Part shown: one piece after another, positions 62,837 to 64,000 of the stretch | How the letters are laid out: every line of letters starts with the position of its first letter | How positions within the stretch are numbered: position 1 is the stretch's first letter | Notes under the pieces: model-generated | What the model was told of the DNA's origin: nothing | The model's input: only the letters and a program-made list of their open reading frames with translations | Databases searched by the model: none | NCBI RefSeq assembly: GCF_006345805.1 | Contig: NC_043020.1 | Location: 3,906,001-3,970,000, forward strand | Source of the DNA: Octopus sinensis | Lineage: Eukaryota | Direction of reading: 5' to 3' | Length of the DNA stretch: 64,000 bases | Made by a program: the position numbers and the translations under genes

Positions 62837-62878
62837 TTACATATATATCCATATATATACTACACATGTATATATGTT

Positions 62879-62923
<45 letters not shown>

Positions 62924-62933
62924 ATATATAAAC

Positions 62934-62978
<45 letters not shown>

Positions 62979-63291
62979 ATATATTAGGCTTTTACTTTGT
63001 TACTTGTTTCAGTCAATTGAGTGTGGCCATGCTGGAGTAATGCCTTTTAGTTGAAGAAATCGAGCCCTGGACTTATTCTTTGTAAGGCTGATTCTATTCT
63101 ATCGATATCTTCTGCCGAACAGCTAGTTACGCGACGTCGTACGGAAATACAACAACATCGGTTTCTAAGTGCTGGTGGGGGAACAAACACAGAGCAAATA
63201 CAACATATATGTATGTATATATATATATATAATATATATATATATATATACATACATACATGCATATATATGTGTGTGTGTGTGTGTATAC

Positions 63292-63328
<37 letters not shown>

Positions 63329-64000
63329 ATATAGGACACTTCTTTCAGTTTCCGTCAGACTTCTTTCAGTTTCAGTGCGTATGGACGTGTGTATATGTGT
63401 GAGTATGTGTATAGATGTGTGTATATGTGTGGGGCTAACGTGTGTGTGTTTTGTGTAGCAGTTGATGTGTGTTTGTTCAGGTGGTTTATGCACATGTGTA
63501 TGTGTGTGTGTCTGTGACCAAGTAGTGTGCATGTGTATAGTGTTGTGTGTGTGCATATATTGTCTGTGTTCAGGTATTATGTGCTTGTGTGGGTGTGGGA
63601 GTGTGCATGATGGTGTGTGGTGTGTGTACTTGAGTTAAACGGTGTGTGTGACTGCTCGTATAGTGGCGTGTGTGGTGACGCTATTGGGGAGTTATGTGTG
63701 TGTGTGGGTGATGGTGTGTGTTGTGGGTGCTAAGAAGTGTTCGGCGCTAGTGTGTGTGGAATGGGAAGGTGTTTGTAAATGTGTGTGTAATTGAGTGTGA
63801 AGCGAGTAATGAGTTGAACAGTGTCTATGGGTGTTTGTATAGTGGTGTGTGTGGTGAGGGTACTGAGGTAGACGGTATGCAGGTGTGTAGGTGGAAGGGA
63901 CAGTTGAATATGGGGAATGTGTGGGAATCCGTGTGGAGTTGGTGTCAAATGAAGTGAAGTAGTGAGTTGAGCCCATATGGGGCAAAGGAATGAAGAGAAA
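62730..64000. repeat. (TA)n, (TACA)n and (TG)n low-complexity region with a SINE fragment at ~63010-63370
   Basis: Seen directly in the sequence. Confidence 0.8.

Noticed and set aside
63400-64000. Irregular TG/G-rich sequence at the window end
   Set aside because: Looks like low-quality consensus over a degenerate (TG)n tract; no structure could be supported

Overview
AT-rich, microsatellite-dense eukaryotic genomic DNA. The SINE and LINE families look like those of octopod cephalopods (inference). The dominant structure (about 20.1-56.6 kb, minus strand) is three tandem copies of a cassette made of a ~5 kb scaffold plus a variable-length exon. Each copy has short exons that assemble into a SEA-like domain (FRNGSLIADL motif), followed by one very large Thr/Glu/Pro-rich mucin exon bounded by phase-1 splice sites. 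The mucin exon is 4113 nt and 2973 nt and fully open in two copies. In the third it is about 14.9 kb, uses a different repeat unit (T3-5-E-Q/H-P) and has many frameshifts. Splice phases allow all cassettes to join into one giant multi-SEA mucin. No start codon, signal peptide or transmembrane exon was identified in the window. Degraded Ser/Thr-rich exon-like blocks lie downstream (16.4-18.4 kb). The rest holds one tRNA-Phe(GAA) gene, decayed Tx1-like, RLE-type (Dong/R4-like) and CR1/L2-like LINEs, Penelope fragments, a Tc1/mariner remnant, Helitron-like ends, SINEs, microsatellites and a 100-N assembly gap. Exon models come from reading splice signals by eye and have no transcript support.
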